64,000 nt of DNA from a virus (IMGVR_UViG_2061766007_000586:64001-128000); one strand, 5' to 3'; positions 1 to 9,714 are shown, counted from the first letter of the stretch. Made by a program: numbers and translations. The notes: a model not told the origin generated them from the sequence alone.

Positions 1-1811
1 TTTTAAAACTACTCCAAGATAATAAATCAACTGAGAGTTTCAAAGATAGTGAACTTATGGTTGATCGAATTACAAATCAAGAAAAAGTAATTCAAAATAC
101 AGTCAAAGAACAAGAAGATGCCGCTAGAGCTTTAAAAGAAGAAATCGACCAGTGTCAAAAAGTTCTTGCTACCGATACAGAAGCTCTTATTCGTGAATAT
201 ACAAATAAGATTCAAGTTCAAGATAAGATCATACGTAACACGCCAATCAATAATTACTTTCCTGCTCTTAGTAATATTGAACTTGATGAATTACGAACAA
301 ATCACAAATCAATCTTAGAAAAACTTGAACTTATTCGTGGATCTAGTGCACCGTATTTATCTGAATTCGAATATCAAGAACAAGAACAGAAATTAGCTAG
401 TCTTAAGCAGCGTAATAATAAGCTCTACTTTGATCTAGAGCAGATCGACAAAGAACTTGAAGCTTTATTAAGACGAATTAAGTCATATGACTTACATTCT
501 TGGCCTAGTGATTGTGCAAGACCTTGTGATATAAAAGAAACTTGTCAAAACGCAAAGAACTCTCTCAATTGCGAATTAAACCATATTCGAAAAGAAAAAG
601 AACAAATCGAAAAAGAAATTGAAGAAAACAAAGCTCTCATTACAAATCAAGAAGATGTATTGAAAAGTAAAAATACAATTCGTGTTACTTTAAGAGAACT
701 TGCTAAATTCTTCAATGGTGTAAACTGGAGCCCATTTGTTTTAGACAGCCTGTCCTTTATAGAAGCTTTAAACAAAAACATAACTCAAGTTTACAACAAG
801 ATTAGTCAATTATTAGTCAATGCTGAGAATGAGAAAATAGTTAATGAAGCAAAAAATACAAAACAACTTCTTGAAACGAAATTAAAGAATCTTCAAGAAG
901 GAGATAATCCTGCTCGTCAACTTATCAAAGAATCAGTATTGAAAAAAGAAATTCAACTTAATGCATTTATCCAATCTGTAACAGAATCAAGAGAAAAATT
1001 ACTTTCTTTAGATAAGCAAAAATATCAATTAACCAAATATATTGATATTAAGCAAGAGTTGGATACATTAGGAAGACAATATGAGATTTGGAAAAAATAT
1101 CATTTCTCTCAAGCAGAAATTTCTTACTTTAAAGATTTAGCTGAGCAACTTGCTGCTAGCAAAATCAAGATTGATGAGAAAATTAGAGAGCTTGATGTTA
1201 TCATTCAAGATCAAGACAAATACTTAATTAGGCTTAGGGAAGAGATATTACCAGAACTTGCTAAATTACAAAAACTACAAGAGGAACTCTCCATTGTAGA
1301 AGGGCAATTAAATCCCACAAAAGGGATCAGTCACAGATATGTGGTTCGTTACATCAATGCAGTTTTTAGTTTAGCTAATCAATTCATTGCTCGTGTTTGG
1401 TCTTATCCGATGCAACTTGATTATATCAATGAAGATGATGAATCTTTTGATTATCAATTTAAATTGATTATTAACGAAACATCTAGTATCAAAGATATTA
1501 ATATTGCATCAGCTGGACAAAAAGCAATTATTAATCTTTGTGTCATGTTAGCTGTTTGTATCTTCAGAGATTACGGAAAAACTTATCCTATTATTCTTGA
1601 CGAAGTTACAGTTAACATGTCATTAAATCATCAGAATAGTTTAATTCAATTCTTAAATGAATTGTTCTCCCAAAACGATTTATCTCAAGTCTTTATCGTA
1701 GACCATTGTATCGATGTTTGTAGTTCTTTTGCAAGCATTGCTGAAATGGTTTGCTTATCTAGAGACTTTGATATAGGTCAAGAGTGGAAACGTATTGGAA
1801 CTATTGAATAG
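1..1811 (+). CDS. sbcC: SbcC/Rad50-like SMC-family ATPase, C-terminal part (5'-truncated by window)
   Basis: Frame is open from position 3. Long coiled coil with central Cys cluster (DCARPCDIKETC, zinc-hook-like), ABC signature (ASAGQ), Walker B (IILDE) and H-loop (FIVDH). Confidence 0.85.
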   Translation, partial: LKLLQDNKSTESFKDSELMVDRITNQEKVIQNTVKEQEDAARALKEEIDQCQKVLATDTEALIREYTNKIQVQDKIIRNTPINNYFPALSNIELDELRTNHKSILEKLELIRGSSAPYLSEFEYQEQEQKLASLKQRNNKLYFDLEQIDKELEALLRRIKSYDLHSWPSDCARPCDIKETCQNAKNSLNCELNHIRKEKEQIEKEIEENKALITNQEDVLKSKNTIRVTLRELAKFFNGVNWSPFVLDSLSFIEALNKNITQVYNKISQLLVNAENEKIVNEAKNTKQLLETKLKNLQEGDNPARQLIKESVLKKEIQLNAFIQSVTESREKLLSLDKQKYQLTKYIDIKQELDTLGRQYEIWKKYHFSQAEISYFKDLAEQLAASKIKIDEKIRELDVIIQDQDKYLIRLREEILPELAKLQKLQEELSIVEGQLNPTKGISHRYVVRYINAVFSLANQFIARVWSYPMQLDYINEDDESFDYQFKLIINETSSIKDINIASAGQKAIINLCVMLAVCIFRDYGKTYPIILDEVTVNMSLNHQNSLIQFLNELFSQNDLSQVFIVDHCIDVCSSFASIAEMVCLSRDFDIGQEWKRIGTIE

Positions 1812-1825
1812 AACCAAAAAGAAAA

Positions 1826-1857
1826 ATCACCTGGAGTCGCTTACGACTCCAGGTGAT
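1826..1857. terminator. Intrinsic terminator hairpin between convergent genes
   Basis: ATCACCTGGAGTCG-ctta-CGACTCCAGGTGAT, flanked by an A-run. Confidence 0.8.
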
Positions 1858-1873
1858 ACTTAAATCAGATTTG

Positions 1874-2851
1874 TTATGCGACAATCCAGGTTTTGCCGTC
1901 TTCGATATACGTGCGGAAAGATCTGTCAGTGGTGATATCAATACCATCCAAATCTTCACCGTAGATTCTTCCACCAGCGTGGAGATGGATTGTACAAACA
2001 GAAGATCCTTTACTGATGTATACTGTTCCACTGCAGCACATGTGATTAACATCGCAGCAAACTTCTGCAACTGCTGTTTTATCAACAACCAAAACACCAA
2101 TGTTGCATCTGTATAAACTAGCAGTGCCATGAATCTCAGCACGATCGATATCGACCGGAAGATCATTCTCATCAACCATTCTGCAATTTACATTGAGATG
2201 GTTAGCTTTACCAATGACAATTGCATCGAGATGAGCACCATTGATCACTTCAATCGTAGTACGATTTTCAATACATTCATCAGTATTGATACCATCATCA
2301 AAGGTAACTTTGTTATATGCACCGCCATTAATACCAACGGAGACACGACCAAGAGAAATATCTTCGTTCATGTAGCACATATCGAATGCGATCTGTGTAC
2401 CTTCCGATATAGCATTTTTGATGTTTTCATACTGCTGTTTTGGAAGATCAACAGTAAATCCATCATAAATGATCAGACTATTGCTCTTAATTTCAATGAC
2501 CGGATTAATGTCATTGCGGAGCTTCAGAGTTCCATCATCAACGATGAATTTTTCTCCATGCCAATTATTTTCACCGAAAGTAGATTCATCCATACCAGTA
2601 ACAGTGATGGTCTTAACATCTTCTTTCTGATCAGAAACAGGTTTAACGCAACTGAGAATTTTTCCCTGAGCTGGTTTAAAGTTCACTTTCGTGAAATCAA
2701 TATTATTTGATTCCGCAAAATTTCTAATAATCTGTTCTGATTCCTCTGGAGTGTGTTTTCCGATTATTGCCTTTCCTTCATCATTAAAATGAATGTGAAG
2801 TGTCTGCTGTTTGTTAGTGTGTAAATCGGTTACTGTAAGTTTAGCTTTCAT
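1874..2851 (-). CDS. Hypothetical early protein with C-terminal beta-solenoid-like repeats
   Basis: ORF 1874..2896; start moved to ATG 2851 (MKAKL), which follows an AAGGAGA RBS. C-terminal half is short V/I-x-V/I-x-x-G strands. Confidence 0.7.
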   Translation of the reverse strand: MKAKLTVTDLHTNKQQTLHIHFNDEGKAIIGKHTPEESEQIIRNFAESNNIDFTKVNFKPAQGKILSCVKPVSDQKEDVKTITVTGMDESTFGENNWHGEKFIVDDGTLKLRNDINPVIEIKSNSLIIYDGFTVDLPKQQYENIKNAISEGTQIAFDMCYMNEDISLGRVSVGINGGAYNKVTFDDGINTDECIENRTTIEVINGAHLDAIVIGKANHLNVNCRMVDENDLPVDIDRAEIHGTASLYRCNIGVLVVDKTAVAEVCCDVNHMCCSGTVYISKGSSVCTIHLHAGGRIYGEDLDGIDITTDRSFRTYIEDGKTWIVA

Positions 2852-2913
2852 AGCTATCTCCTTGGTTAAATTAGGGTTTGCTTGATCTTTATACAAAGAT
2901 CTATATCAATGAT

Positions 2914-2923
2914 GTAATATATA
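2914..2923 (-). promoter_or_regulatory. phiKZ-type early promoter TATATATTAC
   Basis: Contains the phiKZ early consensus TATATTAC; AT-rich intergenic site upstream of 1874..2851. Confidence 0.7.
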
Positions 2924-2958
2924 AATAAAAAAATAATCAAAAAAAAATCTCGGAAGCA

Positions 2959-3732
2959 TTAAGCTTCCGAGAGGTTAAGTTTGAATTTGTCCAACTCAGA
3001 TTCGAGGGCTTTCGCGATCTTCATGTGACGACTGAGAGCTTTTCCGCGCAGAGGTTTTCTGTCGAAATGCTCACGCATATACTGCTTCTTGATGACAGCA
3101 GGCATTTGCATCTGATCAGCACAATGGAGATCTTCGATCGTCGGATAAGACGCTTGCACGTCTGCTCCAGTTTCGTACCACACCGTTCCAATCCAAGGAT
3201 TGAATTTCCGATATCTCATGTCGGCGCGAACAATGAGCTTCGCTCCTTTTTCGACATAGATGTTTGGAATTCTGGAACCACCAGTGATGATAGTGGTTGA
3301 TCCTTTGTGAAGGTAAAGGGAATGGTAGAAGCATGTGTCCAACGTTGCCGGAAGCTGAGTTTGACGAATGTGGACGGTCCGGTGATCTCGCTCGAACCGT
3401 TTAATCCTACGACGACGGCGATTCTCCTGCCGACGATAACGTTTGGATTTCGGATCGGCGAATCCAAGAAAACGAAGAAGACGTCTCGTCTGCCCACTCA
3501 CAGGCTGATCGCCTTTCTTGTGAGCATTACGATCCTTCTTTTCAATTTCGTAAAGTTGCCCACTGATAGCGGAGTATCTCTTTTTGAGATCCCACATTTC
3601 ATCAGTGAGCTGGTCAAGAACAGGAGTCGACGCTTCGTCGAATTCATCGACTGCTTCGATCTTTTCGCTGAGTTCTCCCATCTGTTCTTCGAGGTTGTCG
3701 AGTTCATTGTTCAGTGTAACGATTGCGCTCAT
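2959..3732 (-). CDS. Hypothetical protein (acidic coiled-coil N-terminus, Arg-rich middle, short beta-solenoid)
   Basis: 257-aa ORF with AAGGAGA RBS and strong C/G-ending codon bias. Confidence 0.75.
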   Translation of the reverse strand: MSAIVTLNNELDNLEEQMGELSEKIEAVDEFDEASTPVLDQLTDEMWDLKKRYSAISGQLYEIEKKDRNAHKKGDQPVSGQTRRLLRFLGFADPKSKRYRRQENRRRRRIKRFERDHRTVHIRQTQLPATLDTCFYHSLYLHKGSTTIITGGSRIPNIYVEKGAKLIVRADMRYRKFNPWIGTVWYETGADVQASYPTIEDLHCADQMQMPAVIKKQYMREHFDRKPLRGKALSRHMKIAKALESELDKFKLNLSEA

Positions 3733-3743
3733 GGTGTTTCTCC

Positions 3744-4118
3744 TTATTCAAAATCGTTGGTGTTTGATGCGACGTATTTGTTATGGATCATCTCGTACTT
3801 GAAAGTCACAGCCAAACTGAAATTAAGCCAGATGGCTTCATGACGTTTCTGAGGACGAGTACGATGTGTCTTTTCTGCCTTCATAGACAGATGTTTCACA
3901 TGATCCGTGTACTTGGCATACGAACGATACCATTTCTGGTCAAGTGCAAAAGCTTTGCTTCGCAGTTCCTCGTAGGCCTTGACGTCACCTTTGGCGTACA
4001 AATTATCTGATTCTTTGTACAGCCTTTCAAGTTCCGGAAGAGTCTTCGTCAAACTCTTCACATAGAACATGACACTCTGGCTCCAAAGGTAGCAAAGGGA
4101 TTTGTTCTTTTTCTTCAT
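3744..4118 (-). CDS. Hypothetical basic protein
   Basis: 124-aa ORF with AAGGAGA RBS, coupled to the downstream gene. Confidence 0.7.
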   Translation of the reverse strand: MKKKNKSLCYLWSQSVMFYVKSLTKTLPELERLYKESDNLYAKGDVKAYEELRSKAFALDQKWYRSYAKYTDHVKHLSMKAEKTHRTRPQKRHEAIWLNFSLAVTFKYEMIHNKYVASNTNDFE

Positions 4119-4160
4119 GGCAAATTCTCCTTATAAATTTAGTTAATTGTTTCTATGTTA

Positions 4161-4170
4161 GTTATATATA
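4161..4170 (-). promoter_or_regulatory. Early-type promoter variant TATATATAAC
   Basis: One mismatch to TATATATTAC; upstream of the 4118-2959 operon. Confidence 0.5.
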
Positions 4171-4200
4171 TTTTTATAAATTTGATAATCATGATTTTAG

Positions 4201-4210
4201 CATTTTATGC
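4201..4210 (+). promoter_or_regulatory. Late-type promoter motif CATTTTATGC
   Basis: Same motif recurs upstream of most virion genes and contains the phiKZ late core TATG. Confidence 0.6.
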
Positions 4211-4239
4211 GCTTAAATAAACTAACAAATGAGGTGTGT

Positions 4240-5052
4240 ATGAACTCTGCATTAGAAGTTGCATTTGTTAAAATACATTCATCAATACCTCCTGAAATTC
4301 TGGAATATGGATTCTCAGATCGAGACACGAGAGATGAAGTTGTATCAATAGACGAAATGATTTACAAGAAAGTAATTCATTATCGTGTTATGAAAGATAT
4401 GAATATTGATGGTGGTAAATTTAAAGAGATTTTACTCCGTCGTGAATACATGGAAAAAATGACTCGCAATAAAGATGATGTTCATCTTCATACAGGAAGA
4501 TGGAGTATCTATCGTATTCCACCACAAGCACGTGATGGATTACCAATTGCTGAAGTTATGAGTTTAAAATTTAGAGGAGCATATGCAGGATATCAACCTT
4601 ATAGTCCTGGGTATGTTGGTGGTGCTAATCTTACTACATTGGCTCAAGGTGTACTAGATGCACATACATTCCAATCTGCTCCGCCTACTCCTAATATTGA
4701 ATTACTAGCTGGAGATCTTGTTAGGCTCTGGCCTTCTCAGCACCACGGAACTATGTGGGCAATGAATTGTAGATTATGTTACGATGATCGTTTAACAAAT
4801 CTTAACACTTCAGCCATTATTCCATTTGCTGATTTATGTGTATTGGCAGTTAAAGCATACATCTATATTCAAATGACTGTACAACTCGATAAAGCATATA
4901 TTCAAAATGGTTATCAGATCGGACAGTTCAAAACAATCATAGATAGTTATGCCGATGCAAATGACAAATATGATGAAAAATATAAGGAACTTGCTGGAGC
5001 TATGTTCTTAGATCCTGCAAGACTCAATTCTATTCTTCCTTACATGCTTTGA
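4240..5052 (+). CDS. phiKZ-like virion structural protein
   Basis: Start MNSALEVAF at 4240 after GAGGTG. The N-terminus (IPPEIL) and C-terminus (IIDSYADANDKY) resemble a conserved phiKZ-group structural protein (recognised, not searched). Confidence 0.65.
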   Translation: MNSALEVAFVKIHSSIPPEILEYGFSDRDTRDEVVSIDEMIYKKVIHYRVMKDMNIDGGKFKEILLRREYMEKMTRNKDDVHLHTGRWSIYRIPPQARDGLPIAEVMSLKFRGAYAGYQPYSPGYVGGANLTTLAQGVLDAHTFQSAPPTPNIELLAGDLVRLWPSQHHGTMWAMNCRLCYDDRLTNLNTSAIIPFADLCVLAVKAYIYIQMTVQLDKAYIQNGYQIGQFKTIIDSYADANDKYDEKYKELAGAMFLDPARLNSILPYML

Positions 5053-5063
5053 TGAAAAAAAGA

Positions 5064-5092
5064 AACCACTGGAGCATAATGCTCCAGTGGTT
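5064..5092. terminator. Bidirectional terminator hairpin
   Basis: AACCACTGGAGCAT-a-ATGCTCCAGTGGTT between convergent genes. Confidence 0.8.
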
Positions 5093-5102
5093 CTTAAATT
5101 AT

Positions 5103-5768
5103 TTAGCCAACGATGTAATCCTGACGGATCGGTTGATTGTCCGTTTTCCGACGAATTGTGTGAACTTCAGACCAGAAGTTTCTTCCAGCTTCAGCACGAA
5201 CAAATTCGACTTTACAATTGTGAAGCTTTTTCACACGTCCACCCGGATAAATCTTGCATGTTTTAACATCACAATTATCCAGAGTAACCGTACCACGAAC
5301 ATGCAGCATCTCAATCACTGCACCGTCCTTGATATATGCTTCACCTGTTTCATCAATGACCGCATTTTTGGTTCTAGATCCAGGACCAAACGTAATGTAA
5401 CCATGGCACATCACGTTTTCAAGTTCTGAATTGTCGCCCACCCATGAGATAGTGTCTTCACGGGTGATGAAATTATTGAGCTTTGTGTTCGTGATAATAC
5501 ATTCATTACGAACTCTGGCCGGAATGTCAAGATCCTTCGGCTCAATATCAAACACATTGAGTTGAGAATCCATGATTTCAACATCAACATGTGACATCAA
5601 CCTTGCAGGTGAAGTACAATTTACAAGTTTGATTTTATTGAACTTTTCAGTCAAATCATAGAACGCTTCATCTGTTTCGATGTGCGTATTATGAATTGTG
5701 ATTTTCAAAGGATTTTTATTCTGATCGTATTCTTCGATCGGATAGTTGTTTTTTTCGTAAAGCGGCAT
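5103..5768 (-). CDS. Hypothetical protein with beta-helix-like repeats
   Basis: 221-aa ORF with AAGGAGA RBS; repeated short beta-strands (IxNTK, LENV, TLDNCDV). Confidence 0.7.
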   Translation of the reverse strand: MPLYEKNNYPIEEYDQNKNPLKITIHNTHIETDEAFYDLTEKFNKIKLVNCTSPARLMSHVDVEIMDSQLNVFDIEPKDLDIPARVRNECIITNTKLNNFITREDTISWVGDNSELENVMCHGYITFGPGSRTKNAVIDETGEAYIKDGAVIEMLHVRGTVTLDNCDVKTCKIYPGGRVKKLHNCKVEFVRAEAGRNFWSEVHTIRRKTDNQPIRQDYIVG

Positions 5769-5790
5769 GATAATTTCTCCTTATTGTGGT

Positions 5791-6198
5791 TTAATAATTT
5801 TCAGCTTCCTTCTTAGCTTCAGCTCGACGGAAGCTTTCGATCGCTTCTTCAACACGACCAGTATAGTAAATAAACAGTTTCTTATTCTCCTCTATTTCAA
5901 CAACCTTATATCTGTTGTAAATAGTAAAAATATCGATATTAATTTCGATATTCTTAGGAAGAACATCTTTGTTGTTCGTAAACTTACCTACTGCAATTTC
6001 TGTTTCAATATTGTAGCAAACAGGAATACGTGTTTTTCCATTTTCATCTCGGAAAATCCCATCAAGAAATGTCCCAAAGATTGGAAGAATTTGGATAACA
6101 TGATTTGCAGTAACCACACCAATTAAATCTGAAACAAGTTTTTCTCTCAGATTTAAATAATAAGTATCATGTATGAAATCCCGTGGTAATGTTTTCAT
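5791..6198 (-). CDS. Hypothetical protein
   Basis: 135-aa ORF whose start overlaps the upstream stop (ATGA coupling). Confidence 0.65.
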   Translation of the reverse strand: MKTLPRDFIHDTYYLNLREKLVSDLIGVVTANHVIQILPIFGTFLDGIFRDENGKTRIPVCYNIETEIAVGKFTNNKDVLPKNIEINIDIFTIYNRYKVVEIEENKKLFIYYTGRVEEAIESFRRAEAKKEAENY

Positions 6199-6656
6199 TT
6201 ATACCATCTCCAACCTGTAAGTTTAAGAATTCCTTTAGGACGAGGAATAGGTGTCCAGATAAAAGATCCAAACCGAAAGGCATGTTTCTCTTGCCAAACA
6301 TATCGATCCTTTTTCTGAGGATGAATATTCACACAATATTCATGAACATTATTGTTTTCAAGAACAGTAATGTAAGCGCAATCATGAATACCATTTTGAA
6401 GATCATATCGTACATCTTTCCACGATAAACCATCAACACCAGAATTCCATTCCCATTTGTTACTCTTCCTATAATCATCTGATTCTATTGTAGGAAACCA
6501 TTCCTTACGCTCAAAATTAGTGATTAATGATTTCCAACGTATATCTTTCGAATTAAACGGATCTTGTTCAATACGAATTAATTTATCAGATATATTTAGA
6601 AAAGCATATTTTTTCTCTCCTGATAGAATAGCTTTTTTAACTGTTTGAAAGTTCAT
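6195..6656 (-). CDS. Hypothetical Trp-rich protein
   Basis: 153-aa ORF with GAGGT RBS. Confidence 0.65.
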   Translation of the reverse strand: MNFQTVKKAILSGEKKYAFLNISDKLIRIEQDPFNSKDIRWKSLITNFERKEWFPTIESDDYRKSNKWEWNSGVDGLSWKDVRYDLQNGIHDCAYITVLENNNVHEYCVNIHPQKKDRYVWQEKHAFRFGSFIWTPIPRPKGILKLTGWRWYK

Positions 6657-6694
6657 ATGTACCTCATGGAGTGAGAAGTATCAGGGATTCAAGG

Positions 6695-7288
6695 CTACCA
6701 ACTAAATTCCTCATGACTATTGTCTACGCCAACTGGGTGTTCGAGCTTGGCTAACGTTTCCTTAGTGTATCTATCAATAAGAACCTTTAGGAAAGGATTT
6801 ATTGTCTTACCTTCCATGGAAGCCTGGAACTGCATAATCTTAACTGCGTCTTTCATTGTCTTATTATCAGCATTACTAATCTCTCCACCAAATATTTGTT
6901 CGAAAGTTGTAAGCTGATCAAACATTTCACTAATCGGATCTTTGACTACAGCGTCCTTCATCTCCTTTAATCTTTTGTAATGATCTGGTTTTGCTCTCAG
7001 ATAAGCCTCTTTAATTTTTGTAATCTTATCAACAGTAGCTTGATCGGTTAAAGAAACTTCTTTCTTGAATCTCTCATAAGTAAATTCATAAGATTCGTCG
7101 TAGTGAACTGGCCCATAATAAGAACCATCTCTACCAAAGTTATGAACTTCTCTATCAAAGATTTCAATAGTCTTCTCTTCTTTATTGTTTATAACGCTTT
7201 CAACGACAATGTAGTATGTCGCATCTTTTGACCTGACAGTAATAAACGTGCCAGGAATTTCGAGTTTGTTGATTTCGGACAGTTTCAT
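6695..7288 (-). CDS. Hypothetical protein
   Basis: 197-aa ORF with AAGGAGA RBS. Confidence 0.7.
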   Translation of the reverse strand: MKLSEINKLEIPGTFITVRSKDATYYIVVESVINNKEEKTIEIFDREVHNFGRDGSYYGPVHYDESYEFTYERFKKEVSLTDQATVDKITKIKEAYLRAKPDHYKRLKEMKDAVVKDPISEMFDQLTTFEQIFGGEISNADNKTMKDAVKIMQFQASMEGKTINPFLKVLIDRYTKETLAKLEHPVGVDNSHEEFSW

Positions 7289-7313
7289 AATTTGTTTCTC
7301 CTTAAATTTAGTT

Positions 7314-7595
7314 TTAATTCGTTATTCCAAATTCCTCAAGTATTTCAGAATTGGCTTTAGAAACCCTTTCTGTAAATGTACTTTTCAGCATATCTATCGG
7401 TTCATCATAATGAGATTTTTTCCAACGAGGATCATAAGTACCAGGTCTACGAAAAATACATTCATCATAAATTCCGATAATATCTTTTAATATTTCAATT
7501 TCCTTAACAAGAACAACATAGTCTGACGTACTACCTTCGCCTTTAACAAAAAGATAGTCACCAGGCTTAACAGTTCTAGGATTTAATTTTTTCAT
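7314..7595 (-). CDS. Hypothetical protein
   Basis: 93-aa ORF with GAGGAGA RBS. Confidence 0.65.
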   Translation of the reverse strand: MKKLNPRTVKPGDYLFVKGEGSTSDYVVLVKEIEILKDIIGIYDECIFRRPGTYDPRWKKSHYDEPIDMLKSTFTERVSKANSEILEEFGITN

Positions 7596-7638
7596 TTTGG
7601 TTCTCCTCTGCTAGTAGTTTAGTAAATTGTACTACAAC

Positions 7639-7899
7639 TTACTTAGTAAAATAGAAACCTGCAAACACCATTGCAACCAAAAGAATCATACTAAATAAAA
7701 TAAAGCAAACAAGTGTAACTTCCTGTTTAAAATCTTCTTTCTCTAGTTCAGCTTCCTTCTCTTTCAAATGTTCCAAATAAGCATCAGTTTTATGATACTC
7801 CTTCTCAAGCCATTCGAGATAAGTATCAGTTGAACCAGAGTTTTTATATTCCTCTTCCAACTTTTTCAGATAGCTTTCACGCTTGACAATTCCAAACAT
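7639..7899 (-). CDS. Small protein with C-terminal transmembrane helix
   Basis: 86 aa; charged coil followed by hydrophobic VTLVCFILFSMILLVAMVFAGFYF; AAGGAGA RBS. Confidence 0.7.
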   Translation of the reverse strand: MFGIVKRESYLKKLEEEYKNSGSTDTYLEWLEKEYHKTDAYLEHLKEKEAELEKEDFKQEVTLVCFILFSMILLVAMVFAGFYFTK

Positions 7900-7910
7900 G
7901 ATTATTCTCC

Positions 7911-8354
7911 TTAATCTTTATGAAAAATTGTTGAACGATCAAAGACAACATCTTTGAACTTACAATTTGTAAGATCAGCTCCTGCAAACATAGCATCAGT
8001 TATATTTGCATAACTGAAATCACAATCTTTCAGAATCGCATTTGTGAAGTTAGCAGAACGAATATCAGCAAAACTAAAATCGGTACCAGTTAAATCTGCT
8101 CCGGTAAAATCTGCTCCATCAAGTTTAGCTTTATATAAATCGGTATAGGTAACTTTTGCATTTCTGAAATCCGCATTCATCGCAGCAATGTTGCGAAAAT
8201 CAGCATGATCTACAGTGAGACCTTGGAGGTCTACACCAAGTCCAAACATGCCATGCTGAAAAGATTCACAATTAGCATATTTTTCAAGTGTTTCTTTAAT
8301 GGAATGGTGAACAATAATAACCTTGTTCGTAAAACGAAATGGAATAATAGTCAT
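7911..8354 (-). CDS. Pentapeptide repeat protein
   Basis: Tandem A(D/N)(F/L)xx repeats (ADFRN, ADFTG, ADLTG, ANFTN, ADLTN). Confidence 0.9.
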   Translation of the reverse strand: MTIIPFRFTNKVIIVHHSIKETLEKYANCESFQHGMFGLGVDLQGLTVDHADFRNIAAMNADFRNAKVTYTDLYKAKLDGADFTGADLTGTDFSFADIRSANFTNAILKDCDFSYANITDAMFAGADLTNCKFKDVVFDRSTIFHKD

Positions 8355-8387
8355 TGTGGTTGTTTCTCCTTATGTTTTATTTATTAA

Positions 8388-8397
8388 GTAATATATG
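8388..8397 (-). promoter_or_regulatory. phiKZ-type early promoter (C)ATATATTAC
   Basis: TATATTAC directly upstream of the seven-gene 8354-5103 operon. Confidence 0.7.
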
Positions 8398-8418
8398 CTT
8401 AACTAAATGATGATAAAA

Positions 8419-8448
8419 TCATAGTGCCCTGATGTCAGGGCACTATGA
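8419..8448 (-). terminator. Intrinsic terminator hairpin
   Basis: TCATAGTGCCCTGA-tg-TCAGGGCACTATGA just after the stop of 8452..9714. Confidence 0.75.
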
Positions 8449-8451
8449 GAA

Positions 8452-9714
8452 TTAGCGAGATTTAAAAGATAAGAGAATTACATATAAGATAAAACCTAAA
8501 CGTAGTCCTACTAACGTTCCAGCTCTAGTATATTTAGTATGAGTTGTAACAAAGTTATCAACACTGTTCTTGATACAAAGAATATCAGCATCAATAACAC
8601 GAGATGCTGTAAATGTGTTCTTAGCTAATTGTAGAATAGCAAGGTTGTTCTTCATATCAATACCGGATAATGCTGCACGTCTATAGATCTTCTGAATTAG
8701 TTCTTCTAGAAGTTTAGCATAACCTATGTACAGAGTATTATTAGTTTTATCTTTTACAATTTCATAAGACGTCTTATCACGAACCTGCTGTGTTGCCATA
8801 GCAGAGAACGCAATTAAAAGCGTATTAATCATGTCTGGTCTTGTATTCGCTGCTAACTTAGCTGCTAGCTTTACAAACTTTGGATCAAGGAATTCATTTG
8901 TATTGAGAACAATCGAAGTAATACGAGAGATCATAACATCAATCGTACCTTGTAAGTTCCCAAGCATCTTACCTTTTTCTTGATCTTCTGTAACTAAACT
9001 AGTTGCTACATAAGCATTACCTTTTGCGTTATTCTCGTAATATGATTCAGACACTAATACAATTTTACGACAAAGTCTTGTATGAATATCTGAGATTGAT
9101 TTTACAATAGCAGCATCAGGTCCAAAGTTTTTGAATACATTCGCATAAATACTGTTTGGTATTAAAGCAGCATTTGCATGTTTATAAATTAGTTTCTTCC
9201 AAGTATCTGTTTCACTATTCTTGATATCAGACTTTGCTGTTAAATTATCAATTGTGTATTGCATAACTGCTTCTTTAGCTCCATATGGAAATTGCATTGC
9301 TACTTTCCCACAGAAGAATTTATAATTCAACAGTTTCAATAAGTCTAAGCAAGCTTGATAACAGAGTTGTTTTGTCATCGCATGAACTACACCTTCGTTA
9401 TGGAGATGATAGATCAACCAGATAACAAGAAGATTAAATTCATTGGAAGTCACATTGAAATTCTTATCAACAGCAGGACTGCTTTTAATACACTGCATAA
9501 ATGTACGTTTATCTACACTGAAGATAGAGAAGATAGCATCTGCATCTTTGGGATACCAGTATGCTTTTACTACCCCTAACATCGGCGTATTAAACGCTAG
9601 AGGATTCTTGTCACGAACTTCATACATTGCTGTAAAACGAGACAGCTCCATTAAGACCTGTCTCGTTATTGTTGGTGCACAAGCCTCTGAAAATAATTCT
9701 TTCAAAGTGGCCAT
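8452..9714 (-). CDS. phiKZ-like virion structural protein
   Basis: 420 aa; motifs FNVTSNEFNL, LNYKF, SDIHTRL, ASR and terminal R.G..LY.IL match a conserved phiKZ-group structural family (from memory). Confidence 0.65.
   Translation of the reverse strand: MATLKELFSEACAPTITRQVLMELSRFTAMYEVRDKNPLAFNTPMLGVVKAYWYPKDADAIFSIFSVDKRTFMQCIKSSPAVDKNFNVTSNEFNLLVIWLIYHLHNEGVVHAMTKQLCYQACLDLLKLLNYKFFCGKVAMQFPYGAKEAVMQYTIDNLTAKSDIKNSETDTWKKLIYKHANAALIPNSIYANVFKNFGPDAAIVKSISDIHTRLCRKIVLVSESYYENNAKGNAYVATSLVTEDQEKGKMLGNLQGTIDVMISRITSIVLNTNEFLDPKFVKLAAKLAANTRPDMINTLLIAFSAMATQQVRDKTSYEIVKDKTNNTLYIGYAKLLEELIQKIYRRAALSGIDMKNNLAILQLAKNTFTASRVIDADILCIKNSVDNFVTTHTKYTRAGTLVGLRLGFILYVILLSFKSR

Noticed and set aside
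1801-4010. Overlapping or antisense ORFs such as 2129..2710, 3307..3843 and 1801..2175
   Set aside because: Overlap better-supported minus-strand genes that have an RBS and promoter; one spans a terminator.
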